IMG/VR virus record: IMGVR_UViG_3300033121_002012
Span: 2,069 to 66,068 of that record
Origin: a virus
DNA length: 64,000 nucleotides
Reading direction: 5' to 3' (one strand)
In this document: one piece after another, positions 10,080 through 19,078 of the stretch
Position numbering within the stretch: position 1 is the first letter of the stretch
Layout of the letters: the number at the start of each line of letters is the position of its first letter
Translations under genes and position numbers: made by a program
The notes under the pieces: model-generated
The model's input: only the letters and a program-made list of their open reading frames with translations
Told to the model about the DNA's origin: nothing
The model's database searches: none

Positions 10080-10936
10080 GGTGTGCGTTGCGCTTGACCG
10101 CTGATGGCTGAGGGCGTGGAGAGGTCGATGGAATCAACGTAGAAGGTAGCCTCCACTGTCAGCAGCGTGCTTTCCGTGTAGCTCAAATCAGCGATCTTGT
10201 AAGCCCCCAGCCACGCTTGATGCAGCAAGTAGATGGTGTGCAGCACCATGTTCTGCTCCAGCGGATCGCTCCCCAACTGTTCGTAGGTCACCGCTTCCTC
10301 GAAACTGGTCGGCTGCTCGCTGAATTTTTGCGCTCCCTGCTGGATGGCACTCTGCCGGGCATTGAAAGTTCGATACGCCGCATTAGCGCGGGCGGTAAAT
10401 TCCTTGAAGGCGGCGCTGTCGCTGCCGTCATTGTTGAAGCCACCGGCGTTCGCATCACCGCCGCGCAGCAGATAAAGATTGATGTCGAACTGAAAATCCA
10501 CCCGAAAGTCATTGTTTAGCAGCAGGTGCCCCCGGTTGGTCGTGTAGCCTTGGTAGCGTGCGCCCCGCCCGGCCCGTGTCAGTGCCAGCCACGCATCGAG
10601 GAATTGGATCACATCGCTGCGCTCGTTCTGGTCGTGGGTATCCCACATGAAAACGAGCTTCACGGGATCGAGCGGATCATCCCACGACGGCACGTTGTAG
10701 GGCACACTGTCGCGCCGGATCGGCTCCGCTTTGGTTCTTAGTTCCGGCAGCGTTACGGAACGCACATACTGCGGGATCACATCCACCAGTTTTACGTTGG
10801 CCGCCGCCCCGACACCGCGAATGGCCGACACGAAATCGACGAAGAACAGATCGGTGCGCTGCGGCTCAAGGCCGAAGCTGTCCGCCTGTTTACCCCAGAG
10901 ATTGATCTGGGAAATGGATTCAATGTCACGAGCCAT
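10076..10936 (-). CDS. Tail tube family protein (gp19/gp54-like)
   Basis: RSVTLPEL...PVKLVF...W...YLLHQAWL..YKIADLSYTESTLLTVEATFYVD; GTAGTTA upstream. Confidence 0.7.
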   Translation of the reverse strand: MARDIESISQINLWGKQADSFGLEPQRTDLFFVDFVSAIRGVGAAANVKLVDVIPQYVRSVTLPELRTKAEPIRRDSVPYNVPSWDDPLDPVKLVFMWDTHDQNERSDVIQFLDAWLALTRAGRGARYQGYTTNRGHLLLNNDFRVDFQFDINLYLLRGGDANAGGFNNDGSDSAAFKEFTARANAAYRTFNARQSAIQQGAQKFSEQPTSFEEAVTYEQLGSDPLEQNMVLHTIYLLHQAWLGAYKIADLSYTESTLLTVEATFYVDSIDLSTPSAISGQAQRTP

Positions 10937-10957
10937 CGCACTGTAACTACCTTAGAG

Positions 10958-11938
10958 ATGAATTTTGGCTTCACGTACGCCGGACTGGTTGAGTCCAACA
11001 AAGACCCCTTGAAGCTGGGTCGCCTCAAGGTGCGGGTGCCGCATGTTTACGGCTCCGACGCCACCGGCAGCGGCTATATCGCTGTAAACGATCTGCCTTG
11101 GGCGATGCCTGCGGGGATGCCTGCGGGTGGTTCTGCCAGTTCCGGCGGTTTCAGCCAGATTCCTTCACCGGGTGACAAGGTGTGGGTGCGCTTTTTGGAC
11201 GGGGAGCCGGAGAAACCCATCTGGGAATGGGGGATGCAGTCCACCGCCGACCGGGACGCTCTCAAGCTCCACCGCTACGCCACCGGCACGCCGGTCGGTG
11301 CGCCGGATCGGACGCTCTGGACGCGCTACAGCCATGCCATCGAGATCAACGAAGGCTCCATCATCGTCACCACCAGCCAAGGTTACCGGCTCGTGGTGAC
11401 GGACGCGTCCGGGGCCGGAGAACAGGATGGCAAGCTTACCCTGACCACGCAGAAGGGCAACCTGATCGCGCTGGACGATCTTGATGACACGATGAAAGTC
11501 ATCGTGCTGGAAGACCTCTATTTCACCGTGGGCACCGGCGTCATCGGTACGTCGGACAGCTTCTCATGGGAAACCATGACGCAGGATTTTGACCTGACCG
11601 CCGGGGGAGCCTTCAACCTGACCACCGTCGATGGCATCAGCCTCACGACGGCTTCCGATACGCTGATTGATTCACTGGGTGATACCGAGTTCACCACCAG
11701 CGGCGATATGCTGATGGGCTTTGCCACGCTGCAAATGGGCTTGGCCGCCACCGAACCCGCCGTGCTCGGAGCGCAGCTTGAACTGTTTCTAAACAGCCTG
11801 CTGCTCTGGCTCAGCACGCACACGCACACCAGCGCCTCGCCGGGCAGTCCCACTTCCCCGCCCAACGTCCCGCCGTTACCCACTGTGCAGCCGCCGGTCG
11901 CTGATCTGCTTTCCACTACGATTACCCTTCAAGATTGA
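10958..11938 (+). CDS. Baseplate central spike (gp5/VgrG OB-fold, beta-helix, HxH tip)
   Basis: GLVESNKDPLKLGRLKVRVP...LPWAMP...GDKVWVRFLDGEPEKPIW; C-terminal THTH. Confidence 0.9.
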   Translation: MNFGFTYAGLVESNKDPLKLGRLKVRVPHVYGSDATGSGYIAVNDLPWAMPAGMPAGGSASSGGFSQIPSPGDKVWVRFLDGEPEKPIWEWGMQSTADRDALKLHRYATGTPVGAPDRTLWTRYSHAIEINEGSIIVTTSQGYRLVVTDASGAGEQDGKLTLTTQKGNLIALDDLDDTMKVIVLEDLYFTVGTGVIGTSDSFSWETMTQDFDLTAGGAFNLTTVDGISLTTASDTLIDSLGDTEFTTSGDMLMGFATLQMGLAATEPAVLGAQLELFLNSLLLWLSTHTHTSASPGSPTSPPNVPPLPTVQPPVADLLSTTITLQD

Positions 11939-11941
11939 CGC

Positions 11942-12505
11942 ATGTCGCTTGCGCCAATAGCAAAAGGCACGGGTCGGGGTCGGCTAATCCGAAAATTATC
12001 CCGGATTGATCGCGCTCCGCTGAAAGCGCTCTTGGCGATCTTCGAGATCAAACACAAGGACTACGACCTGAAAGTTCAGGAACAGCGGGAATGGGCTTTG
12101 AAGGATGCCGAGCTAAAATATCGCGAAATGATGTGCCGGGTACACCCGGACAAGGGTGGCAGTCATGCCGATTCCGCTGCTTTGAATCGCGCCATTGAAC
12201 GTGTGCGCAGCATCATCCGGCGCGGCAACCAATTGCGGCTTCCCCGTGTCCGCAAGAAAGTCATCTCCAAGCGCCGAATTTATCGCAAATACTGCGAATA
12301 CAGTATTTGCAGCAAAGGCTTCACCACCAGCACCAAGAACCGGCGCTTCTGCTGTCCCGATCACCGCTGGCGCAACCACATCGAGAAAACCAAAAAACTC
12401 CGTTCTATTACTGCGTATGGCCATCAAAACCAATCTCAAGTCGATGACGCCCCGGCGGCAGGTGTACAAGCGGGAAATCACCCTGCTGTCCCACGGGTAC
12501 TCTAG
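11942..12505 (+). CDS. J-domain (DnaJ-like) protein with C-terminal Cys/His finger
   Basis: KYREMMCRVHPDKGGS...LNRAIE (HPD motif); CEYSIC...FCCPDH. Confidence 0.7.
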   Translation: MSLAPIAKGTGRGRLIRKLSRIDRAPLKALLAIFEIKHKDYDLKVQEQREWALKDAELKYREMMCRVHPDKGGSHADSAALNRAIERVRSIIRRGNQLRLPRVRKKVISKRRIYRKYCEYSICSKGFTTSTKNRRFCCPDHRWRNHIEKTKKLRSITAYGHQNQSQVDDAPAAGVQAGNHPAVPRVL

Positions 12506-13187
12506 TCCCACGCATTGGCCGGATGGCAGGCTCACGGTCTATCCGTGGGATAACGCCATCGACCAATGGTTGATCGACAACGTGCGGAAAGGCAGCCGAC
12601 AGGAACTTGTATACGGTCTGCTCACCCATTGCTGCAATCTCAACGGGGGCAAGCTGGATGACTTCGTGGCCGATGAAATCAACACGGTGCTGCTGGTCAG
12701 CCGCGCTCTGGCCACGGATGGGGCGGTTGTTTACACTTCCGTATGCACCCACTGCGGTTTCAAAAAACCGGAAACCATCAAGGTGCCCGACGAACTGGAA
12801 AAGGTGGGCGAGAAAGCCGCCGACTATCCGGGCTTCGATGTCATCACGCTGCCGCATGACAAGGATGTCGTCAAACTGCGCCCCCTGCTGGTCTTGGACG
12901 AGAAGCTGATTTTCAACCGCGCCGACGAGGATCGCAAAAAGGTGCCGGATGCGGAACTGCGCACCTTGATGCGGGTTGTGACCATCAACGATACCAAACC
13001 CGACACACAGGATGAACTGGTGATCTGGGGCCGGGCCTTGCACGCCAAGGACATCAAGTTTTTGGAAGACAAGGGGCGCGAACTCACACCGCACCTGAAC
13101 ACCAACATTCCCCACGTCTGCGATGACCCGGAATGTGGCAAGAAATTCCTGCACCCTTTGACCTTCGATCAGGAGTTTTTTCGTTGA
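12417..13187 (+). CDS. Baseplate hub/tail assembly chaperone (T4 gp26-like)
   Basis: Start ATG 12417 after a GTTCT element; LLVSRAL...CTHC...ITLP...VKLRPL...C-DDPEC...FF end typical of gp26-like proteins. Confidence 0.75.
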   Translation: MAIKTNLKSMTPRRQVYKREITLLSHGYSSPTHWPDGRLTVYPWDNAIDQWLIDNVRKGSRQELVYGLLTHCCNLNGGKLDDFVADEINTVLLVSRALATDGAVVYTSVCTHCGFKKPETIKVPDELEKVGEKAADYPGFDVITLPHDKDVVKLRPLLVLDEKLIFNRADEDRKKVPDAELRTLMRVVTINDTKPDTQDELVIWGRALHAKDIKFLEDKGRELTPHLNTNIPHVCDDPECGKKFLHPLTFDQEFFR

Positions 13188-13368
13188 CGCGGCATATATC
13201 AGCCGCGAGGCGCGTTATCGCCTCCTTTTTGAACTAGCTTGGGACAACCACGGCCTCACGTTGAACCTGAACGATGTCCCGGATGCCATGCTCAACATGA
13301 TTCTGCGCTGGCGCAACGAAAAGGTGGAGATGGAGAATCAGGCCGCCAAAACCGAACCGTTCATCTAA
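13177..13368 (+). CDS. gp51-like frameshift extension of the gp26-like gene
   Basis: The +1 frame from the T6 run reads FFVDAAYISREARYRLLFELAWDNHGLTLNLNDVPDAMLNMILRWRNEKVEMENQAAKTEPFI*, with no start codon at its 5' end. Confidence 0.6.
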   Translation, partial: FFVDAAYISREARYRLLFELAWDNHGLTLNLNDVPDAMLNMILRWRNEKVEMENQAAKTEPFI

Positions 13369-13444
13369 GCTGGCGCTGGCCGTGGCTCCGGTATCATCGC
13401 GGCATCTGTATGTGCGAGATTAACGACATCCTGAATTCGATCAA

Positions 13445-14266
13445 ATGACTGATTTAGTCTTCGACGCCAACAGTCTCTACGCCAGATCGTGGTTCGCCGC
13501 GCAGCGCATCAGTCCTGATCCCAAAGAGGCCCTGCGATTGTCGATCAACACGATCATGTTGCTGCTCAACCCGGATACCAACAAGATCGGCAGCATCTTC
13601 GACCGCACGCTGTTTGCGTGGGATGGCCAGCAGAACAAGGCCAAGAAGCGGGACGAAAAACCACCGGAGTATCACGCCACCAAGGCACTCTTGAAGGACG
13701 TACTGGAATTCATGCTGGGCACCGTCAACGTCGAACACCCGGAAGCGGAAGGTGACGACATCGTGGCCACGGCTGTATACAACGCCAAACCCGACGACCT
13801 CATTTACATCGTCAGCGGTGACAAAGACCTCATGCAGCTTCAGAGTCGGCGCTGCCAGTATTATTCCCTGAACGACAAGGCCGTGCTCTCCACCGCCTTC
13901 ATCAAGCACAAATTTCACAACATCAAACGCCCCAGCCAGATTGCCATTGAACTCGCCATCATCGGCGATCAGGTGGACAACATCCGGGGTATCGAAGGCT
14001 ACGGAGAAGTGCGCTGCAAAAAGTTGTTCGAGGCCGTGACCCCGGAAATGTGCTTTTCGGAAGCAGTAAACGCCATCGTCGCCCAGTTACCGGAAAAGCA
14101 GGAAAAGGAATTCTGGCAGGCTTTGGAGCGCACCCTGCTCCGCAACGATCTCCCGAACATTCCCGCGCCGGTTCCCATCGTCATGGCTGATCCCGAGGAA
14201 GTGACGGCGCTGGGCATTCCCCAGATCGGCCACTACTACCGGGAAGCTTACGCGATCTACGCCTAG
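13445..14266 (+). CDS. 5'-3' exonuclease / flap endonuclease (T4 RNase H / Pol I N-terminal-like)
   Basis: LVFDANSL, FAWDG, EGDDIVAT, IVSGDKDLMQL, IGDQVDNIRGIEGYG. Confidence 0.92.
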   Translation: MTDLVFDANSLYARSWFAAQRISPDPKEALRLSINTIMLLLNPDTNKIGSIFDRTLFAWDGQQNKAKKRDEKPPEYHATKALLKDVLEFMLGTVNVEHPEAEGDDIVATAVYNAKPDDLIYIVSGDKDLMQLQSRRCQYYSLNDKAVLSTAFIKHKFHNIKRPSQIAIELAIIGDQVDNIRGIEGYGEVRCKKLFEAVTPEMCFSEAVNAIVAQLPEKQEKEFWQALERTLLRNDLPNIPAPVPIVMADPEEVTALGIPQIGHYYREAYAIYA

Positions 14267-14616
14267 AGGTTCAGGATCGGAATGGAACCGCCGCTGGCCC
14301 GGTTGAAATAGCGGGTCACCGAGAATTCCAGAAAGGCACCGCCGGAAGCATTGCCGACCATCTGCACCTGCGGGTAAGCCGACGTGAGCTTGAGGGTCTT
14401 GACTTCGTTCACCGAAAGCGTGTTGTAGAAATCGCTGCCGCTTGCGCCCAGATCAACCCACGCGGAACCGTTGTATTCCTGAAACCGGTAGTTCATCGTG
14501 TTGACGCCGGAATTCTTGATGACTACCAGCGCGTTGACGGGGCCAGACTGAAGGATGCTCCAAAGCGTGCTCTGCGTCTCGCCGACAATCTGCGAATCAG
14601 TGTTCAGGATAATCAT
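14263..14616 (-). CDS. Hypothetical virion protein
   Basis: Clean beta-rich ORF with GTAGTTA 6 nt upstream. Confidence 0.6.
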   Translation of the reverse strand: MIILNTDSQIVGETQSTLWSILQSGPVNALVVIKNSGVNTMNYRFQEYNGSAWVDLGASGSDFYNTLSVNEVKTLKLTSAYPQVQMVGNASGGAFLEFSVTRYFNRASGGSIPILNL

Positions 14617-14637
14617 ACGCTCTAACTACACGGTTGA

Positions 14638-15174
14638 TTAAAAACGGATTCGCCATGTTAAGGTCGGAGAAAAGTCCGAGGTTTTGTTGACGCTGACCGC
14701 CCGAACCTTGCGAGCAATCAGAGCCTCACCGCCGCTGAACAATCCCATTTCACTGATGATGTAGCCGTTGGCGTCATCACTGGCGAGTGTAAACGCCACC
14801 CGCACCACAAACGGAGAAAGGAAATCCACTGCGTCAAGTGGCTTGGTGGTGCCGCCCGTATTCAGCGTGATCGGTGCCTGTAGCGCCACATCGGTTACCT
14901 TGGCGGGCGTCAACCCGGTACCGACGCCAAAATTCTGCACCGTATAATCGGCGATGGGACTGCGAAAGCCGAAAGCGTAAGCTACGATCTGACGGCCCTG
15001 ATCCACGAACAAATTAGTACCCAACGGCACTTCATGGCGCTCCAGACCCCAGCCAGTGTATACACCGGGAGTAGGCGTGATCCAGCCGTAGTCCACAGCT
15101 TGCTGGGTCGTCAGGCTTTTGCCATCGGCCAGCTTGATGCCGGAAACTGTCAGGATGCCTTTGGGTCGGTTCAT
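14638..15174 (-). CDS. Baseplate/tail-fibre attachment-like protein
   Basis: FGVGTG..PAKVTDVAL...DDANGYIISEMGLF...LIARK...KTSDFSPTLTWRIRF resembles tail-collar/fibre N-terminal domains. Confidence 0.65.
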   Translation of the reverse strand: MNRPKGILTVSGIKLADGKSLTTQQAVDYGWITPTPGVYTGWGLERHEVPLGTNLFVDQGRQIVAYAFGFRSPIADYTVQNFGVGTGLTPAKVTDVALQAPITLNTGGTTKPLDAVDFLSPFVVRVAFTLASDDANGYIISEMGLFSGGEALIARKVRAVSVNKTSDFSPTLTWRIRF

Positions 15175-15593
15175 GCTTGCTCTGCCGGATACGGTTTACC
15201 GGTCATTTTACTCATCTGAGGCTGCCCTTCGTCTTCCGGGCCGTCCACGATCTTTTTGAAAAGCGCGTAGTCCGTTTGATCGACATTAGGCGGCCCCTGC
15301 CGGGATAAGCGTTCCATGAACCGCACATGGCGTCGCTCGCGCCGCTCACTGATCCCACGAATCACCCGGCGGGAGATGGATTCCAAGCGCGGAGGAAATT
15401 CACACTCACACTTTGGACAACGGGCTACTTCGGTATCTTCGACAACCTGCACCGTGGCGTCGCTGCTGCCGCAAGCTGGGCACGTTTGATTGTCCTGAAG
15501 ATCGAAAGCCTCTGTCGGCGGTGCCTCCAGAGGAATCTCAGCGGCTTCCGGGAGCACCCGGAGGATGGCTGCTTTGTAAACGTCGTAGCTCAC
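15171..15593 (-). CDS. Zn-ribbon hypothetical protein
   Basis: CPACG...RCPKCE; lies in the tail operon. Confidence 0.55.
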   Translation of the reverse strand: MSYDVYKAAILRVLPEAAEIPLEAPPTEAFDLQDNQTCPACGSSDATVQVVEDTEVARCPKCECEFPPRLESISRRVIRGISERRERRHVRFMERLSRQGPPNVDQTDYALFKKIVDGPEDEGQPQMSKMTGKPYPAEQA

Positions 15594-15596
15594 GCA

Positions 15597-16220
15597 TCAC
15601 GAAGCCAGAACAGGGTTAACCACCATGTTGTTCACGTCCTGCGGATAATACCGGTCGATCTGGAGTGAAAACAAGAGGTTAACGAACCCGCTCTGCGTCA
15701 TGTCCGCGTCGGAGAACTTCAGCCCCTTGATGATGCAGCCCTCAAGGACGTAGGTCAGTCCTTCGTCCATCGTGTTCTCGCCGGGCTGGACGTTGCCACG
15801 AATGTCCTGTGCCTGCCGCTGCATGTTCGGCACGATCCAGCGCATGATGCCCTTGGCCTTGCACTGCGTGGTCAGACCCACGCCGCCCGTGCGGGGATTG
15901 GACACCAGCCAGTACCATTTCTCCAGCGCCTCGGCCACCTGTACTCCGAATGCGTAGCGCACCGGGATTTCGATGGAGGGCGTCGGGGCGTCGCGACCAA
16001 TCAGGAAATTGGTCTGCTGCATGTATTTCACTTCGATCATGTCGCGTTCGCGGGCCGGGAAGGGAAACTTCTCCAGCAGGAACTCAACGTTATTGCGCCA
16101 GTCGACACCCAGCGCTTGCGGAAGGATGATGGACACCTTCCACAGATCGCTGCGTTGAAGATCAAAGCCGTTGGCGGACGCAATCGCGCCAAACGTGTTG
16201 TTGAAGTTCATCTTTGACAT
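15597..16220 (-). CDS. Tail tube protein (gp19-like)
   Basis: Directly follows the sheath; W...YVLEGCIIKGLKFSDADM...LFSLQIDR. Confidence 0.8.
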   Translation of the reverse strand: MSKMNFNNTFGAIASANGFDLQRSDLWKVSIILPQALGVDWRNNVEFLLEKFPFPARERDMIEVKYMQQTNFLIGRDAPTPSIEIPVRYAFGVQVAEALEKWYWLVSNPRTGGVGLTTQCKAKGIMRWIVPNMQRQAQDIRGNVQPGENTMDEGLTYVLEGCIIKGLKFSDADMTQSGFVNLLFSLQIDRYYPQDVNNMVVNPVLAS

Positions 16221-16225
16221 AAGTC

Positions 16226-18514
16226 TTAGCCGAGGCTGTTAAGGACTGCGCCGCTCTCGCGGACAATCGCGTTGATGTAGATACGTTCTGCGACATCCGT
16301 CGGAATGAGTTCGAGATCGACGATGACCTCGCGATTGTTCCGTGTTTCCGCTGTGTTGTTCCGGCCATCCATGACCAGATTGTACTGCTCGATTCCGCGC
16401 TCGTTGACGATGCGATCCAGAAATTCCGTAAACGCGAGCTTCAACTGGATCAGCAGTTCCGCGTCGTTCGGATCGAACACATACCGGCGAGCCACGGCGG
16501 CCATGCCGTTGACGACCCAGTTGACGAGGATGACGTTGTGAACCGCCGTGAGCTTGCTCTCCGCCCGCTGCATCGTGCGTTCACCGTAAATGTAGTGGCG
16601 GCCCTTGATCTTGAGGATCGGGTTGACGCTGTTGCCGTTCCCGTACATCGCCTGCTTGGTGTCTTCCGACACGCGGTCAAACTGCACCCGCTGTGCTTCC
16701 GGCAGGTAGCCGCGATTTTCACCGGCAGCCGCAAACCACGGCTTGTCGACGTTGAAGGTGTTGCCCATCGCCCGGAGGACGCCCAACGACGGCGGCACCC
16801 ACTTGGTTTCCGCCCAGCGGTTGGAACGCACGAACCAGTTCCAATAGACAGCGACATTGCGGTTATCGAGCCGGGTGCCGTCCTGATCGGGCAGCTTGCC
16901 GTTGTGCCAGTCGATGGCTTCACGGGCATTGAGGCCCGCCGGAACGTCGCAAACCGCCAGCGCGTTGATCTTGGCGCAAGTGCGGCCCATCTGCTCCATG
17001 ATGGCCGTGCTGACGTTATCCATTGGCGCGGCCAGCAGGTTGATTTCAACCGTGTCCGTGTCTTCAAAAGCACGGATACCGCTCATGGTGTCCGTGGTGG
17101 GATCGAGGTCGCCGATCCAGTCAGAGTCCTGCGGATTTTCACCATTGTAGCCGAGCGTGAACTGACCGCCCGTGTCCTGCACGTTACCCACGGTGATTGC
17201 GAGCCAGCCTGCGTTGGTGGCACCCAACGGCATGGGCACCGGCAACCCTGCCGTGGCCGTGCTGCCGAAGAAGCGCTGATCCCACGGGGCAACCGTATTG
17301 GCCGCCGTCCACTCATCGCTGAGCACCGAGGTTTGGTCAGCCACGTAGACATACGCGCTGCGACCGACCGCCAAGCGCACCGTCCAGAAGTTGGTGGTGT
17401 CCGACGGATCGTCGGTGATGTTGTCGTGTGTTTCAACGAGCGCGGAGTTCCAGTAAACTTCGAGCTTCTTGGTACCGCCGTCGGAACCGGGGCGAACCTT
17501 GAGATACAAGCCTTGGCTGCTGTCCGCGCCATTGGCCCACGTGCCCTCGGTGGCCGCGTTGAGATACAGGGCCGGAAGTTTTCCGGTGGGCTTGTAGAGG
17601 ACGGCTGCCGTGTAGTTGTCCTGCAACGGCAACGCCTGATAGCCGATCTGCGGCAGGTCGGTCTTTTCCAAGAAGATGGTGCCGCTCGTGTCGCCGTAGT
17701 CGATCAGGCTGCTCTTGACCCGCACTTCCCGCGTGCTGTCCTTGTTCGTTTCCTTGATCGTGAACACGTCGCCCGCTTGGATCGCCGTGGCGTTGGACGC
17801 GCACCAGAACTGGAACTGATTCTTGTAACCCGTGACGGAACCAACGGCGGTATACACCGCATCCGCCGTCTGGGAGGAATCCGTGCCGTAGGTGTAGGCA
17901 TACAGGACGCCTTCGGCTCCGTTGGCCGCCTTGTCAAAGACGTTGTAGCTGATCTGGCCTGCCGTATAAGCCGCCGCAAACGGATCACCCGAAGTTGCAA
18001 TGCTGATGGTGCCACCGCCTGCCGAAGTCACCGAGACGTTGACGGTGGAAACCATTCCGGTCTGCTTGACCCGCAGGAATACATCGTTTCCGGCATCCCG
18101 TAGTGCCTGAATGCGCGGCGCGTTCGACACGCTGTAGAGCGTGTAGCCGCCGACGGCTCCTGACGTGGTGCCGTCCGCCGGGGCAAGCTCCGTGTACCGG
18201 TTGCCGATGCGCACGACCGCAATCGCATCCGTGAAGTTGGAAATGGCGTCCACCGCATCCGCCAGAAAATAACCCGCGCCGTCGGGCGTGGTGAGATCGC
18301 TGGTATTGTTGGTGGTGTAAGTCGTCGTGATCGGATTGCCGAACAGATTCACGAAATCCTTCAATGAGCGCACCGGCGTCGGCACGTCAAATGGCCCCTT
18401 GGAGGCGACGCCGATCAAACCGGGCTTGAAGCGACTGGTCGCCGGGGTGAAGAAGGATTTGTCGACAATCGTCGTATACACTCCGGGGAATGTTTTTGGT
18501 GTAATCGTTGCCAT
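16226..18514 (-). CDS. Contractile tail sheath protein (gp18-like)
   Basis: FPGVYTTIVD, GVASKGPFDVP, WVPPS, PWFAAAG, VNPI, YGERT, FDPND, PTDVAERIYI. Confidence 0.95.
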   Translation of the reverse strand: MATITPKTFPGVYTTIVDKSFFTPATSRFKPGLIGVASKGPFDVPTPVRSLKDFVNLFGNPITTTYTTNNTSDLTTPDGAGYFLADAVDAISNFTDAIAVVRIGNRYTELAPADGTTSGAVGGYTLYSVSNAPRIQALRDAGNDVFLRVKQTGMVSTVNVSVTSAGGGTISIATSGDPFAAAYTAGQISYNVFDKAANGAEGVLYAYTYGTDSSQTADAVYTAVGSVTGYKNQFQFWCASNATAIQAGDVFTIKETNKDSTREVRVKSSLIDYGDTSGTIFLEKTDLPQIGYQALPLQDNYTAAVLYKPTGKLPALYLNAATEGTWANGADSSQGLYLKVRPGSDGGTKKLEVYWNSALVETHDNITDDPSDTTNFWTVRLAVGRSAYVYVADQTSVLSDEWTAANTVAPWDQRFFGSTATAGLPVPMPLGATNAGWLAITVGNVQDTGGQFTLGYNGENPQDSDWIGDLDPTTDTMSGIRAFEDTDTVEINLLAAPMDNVSTAIMEQMGRTCAKINALAVCDVPAGLNAREAIDWHNGKLPDQDGTRLDNRNVAVYWNWFVRSNRWAETKWVPPSLGVLRAMGNTFNVDKPWFAAAGENRGYLPEAQRVQFDRVSEDTKQAMYGNGNSVNPILKIKGRHYIYGERTMQRAESKLTAVHNVILVNWVVNGMAAVARRYVFDPNDAELLIQLKLAFTEFLDRIVNERGIEQYNLVMDGRNNTAETRNNREVIVDLELIPTDVAERIYINAIVRESGAVLNSLG

Positions 18515-18517
18515 AAA

Positions 18518-19069
18518 TCACGCTTGTAATACTGTTTCACCGCGACGGTTAATCACACGAAAAGTGTCTACGAGTTCAACTTGACGTGTCTCAACAACTC
18601 GCGAAGGATATTCATAGGCCACCAATGCGAGCATTATTTCCGCTTGCTGTTTTTTCAAACGCAAATGCGGCAAAACTTGAGTCAAAAGGCTGCTGAGAGA
18701 GCACGTTGAAACATTCCACAGGTGCAAACGGCGTGCGTTCTTCGAGCGTTTCTTTTTGGTGCAAATACAACCGACTCCTGTCTCTTTCTTGATCCGCTCA
18801 AGCAGTGCCCGGTTAGTGCTCCCGACTTCCAAGCGACAATCAATGCTTCCTCGGCGCAGGGTAGCCGTAATGCAGCCTTCACCATCAATGAAGCCCGCCA
18901 GATACGCAGCCTGTATCACCGTAAGCTGATTCGCCTGTTTTCGATAACCGCGCTTTTTCATCACTGCATTAACTACACGGCCACCCTCCAAAACCAGAAC
19001 CTCCGGCGCAGTCATTTGACTCGCCGGTGTATACACCGTCTGGCTGGCTGGGTTGTCGTGCATGTTCAC
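18518..19069 (-). mobile_element. Free-standing LAGLIDADG homing endonuclease
   Basis: AAYLAGFIDGEGCI...LLERIKKETGVG...VLPHLRLKKQQA; lower GC than flanks. Confidence 0.88.
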
Positions 19070-19078
19070 TCACTCTAA

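Noticed and set aside
16538-18103. Long antisense or alternate-frame ORFs (e.g. 16538..18103, 36681..37664, 37983..39050, 46708..48168, 55958..57085)
   Set aside because: Shadow ORFs of well-supported genes in GC-rich DNA; no motifs or start signals.
18518-19069. Group I intron or intein around the LAGLIDADG ORF
   Set aside because: Both flanking genes are complete and there is no room for ribozyme sequence or intein motifs.
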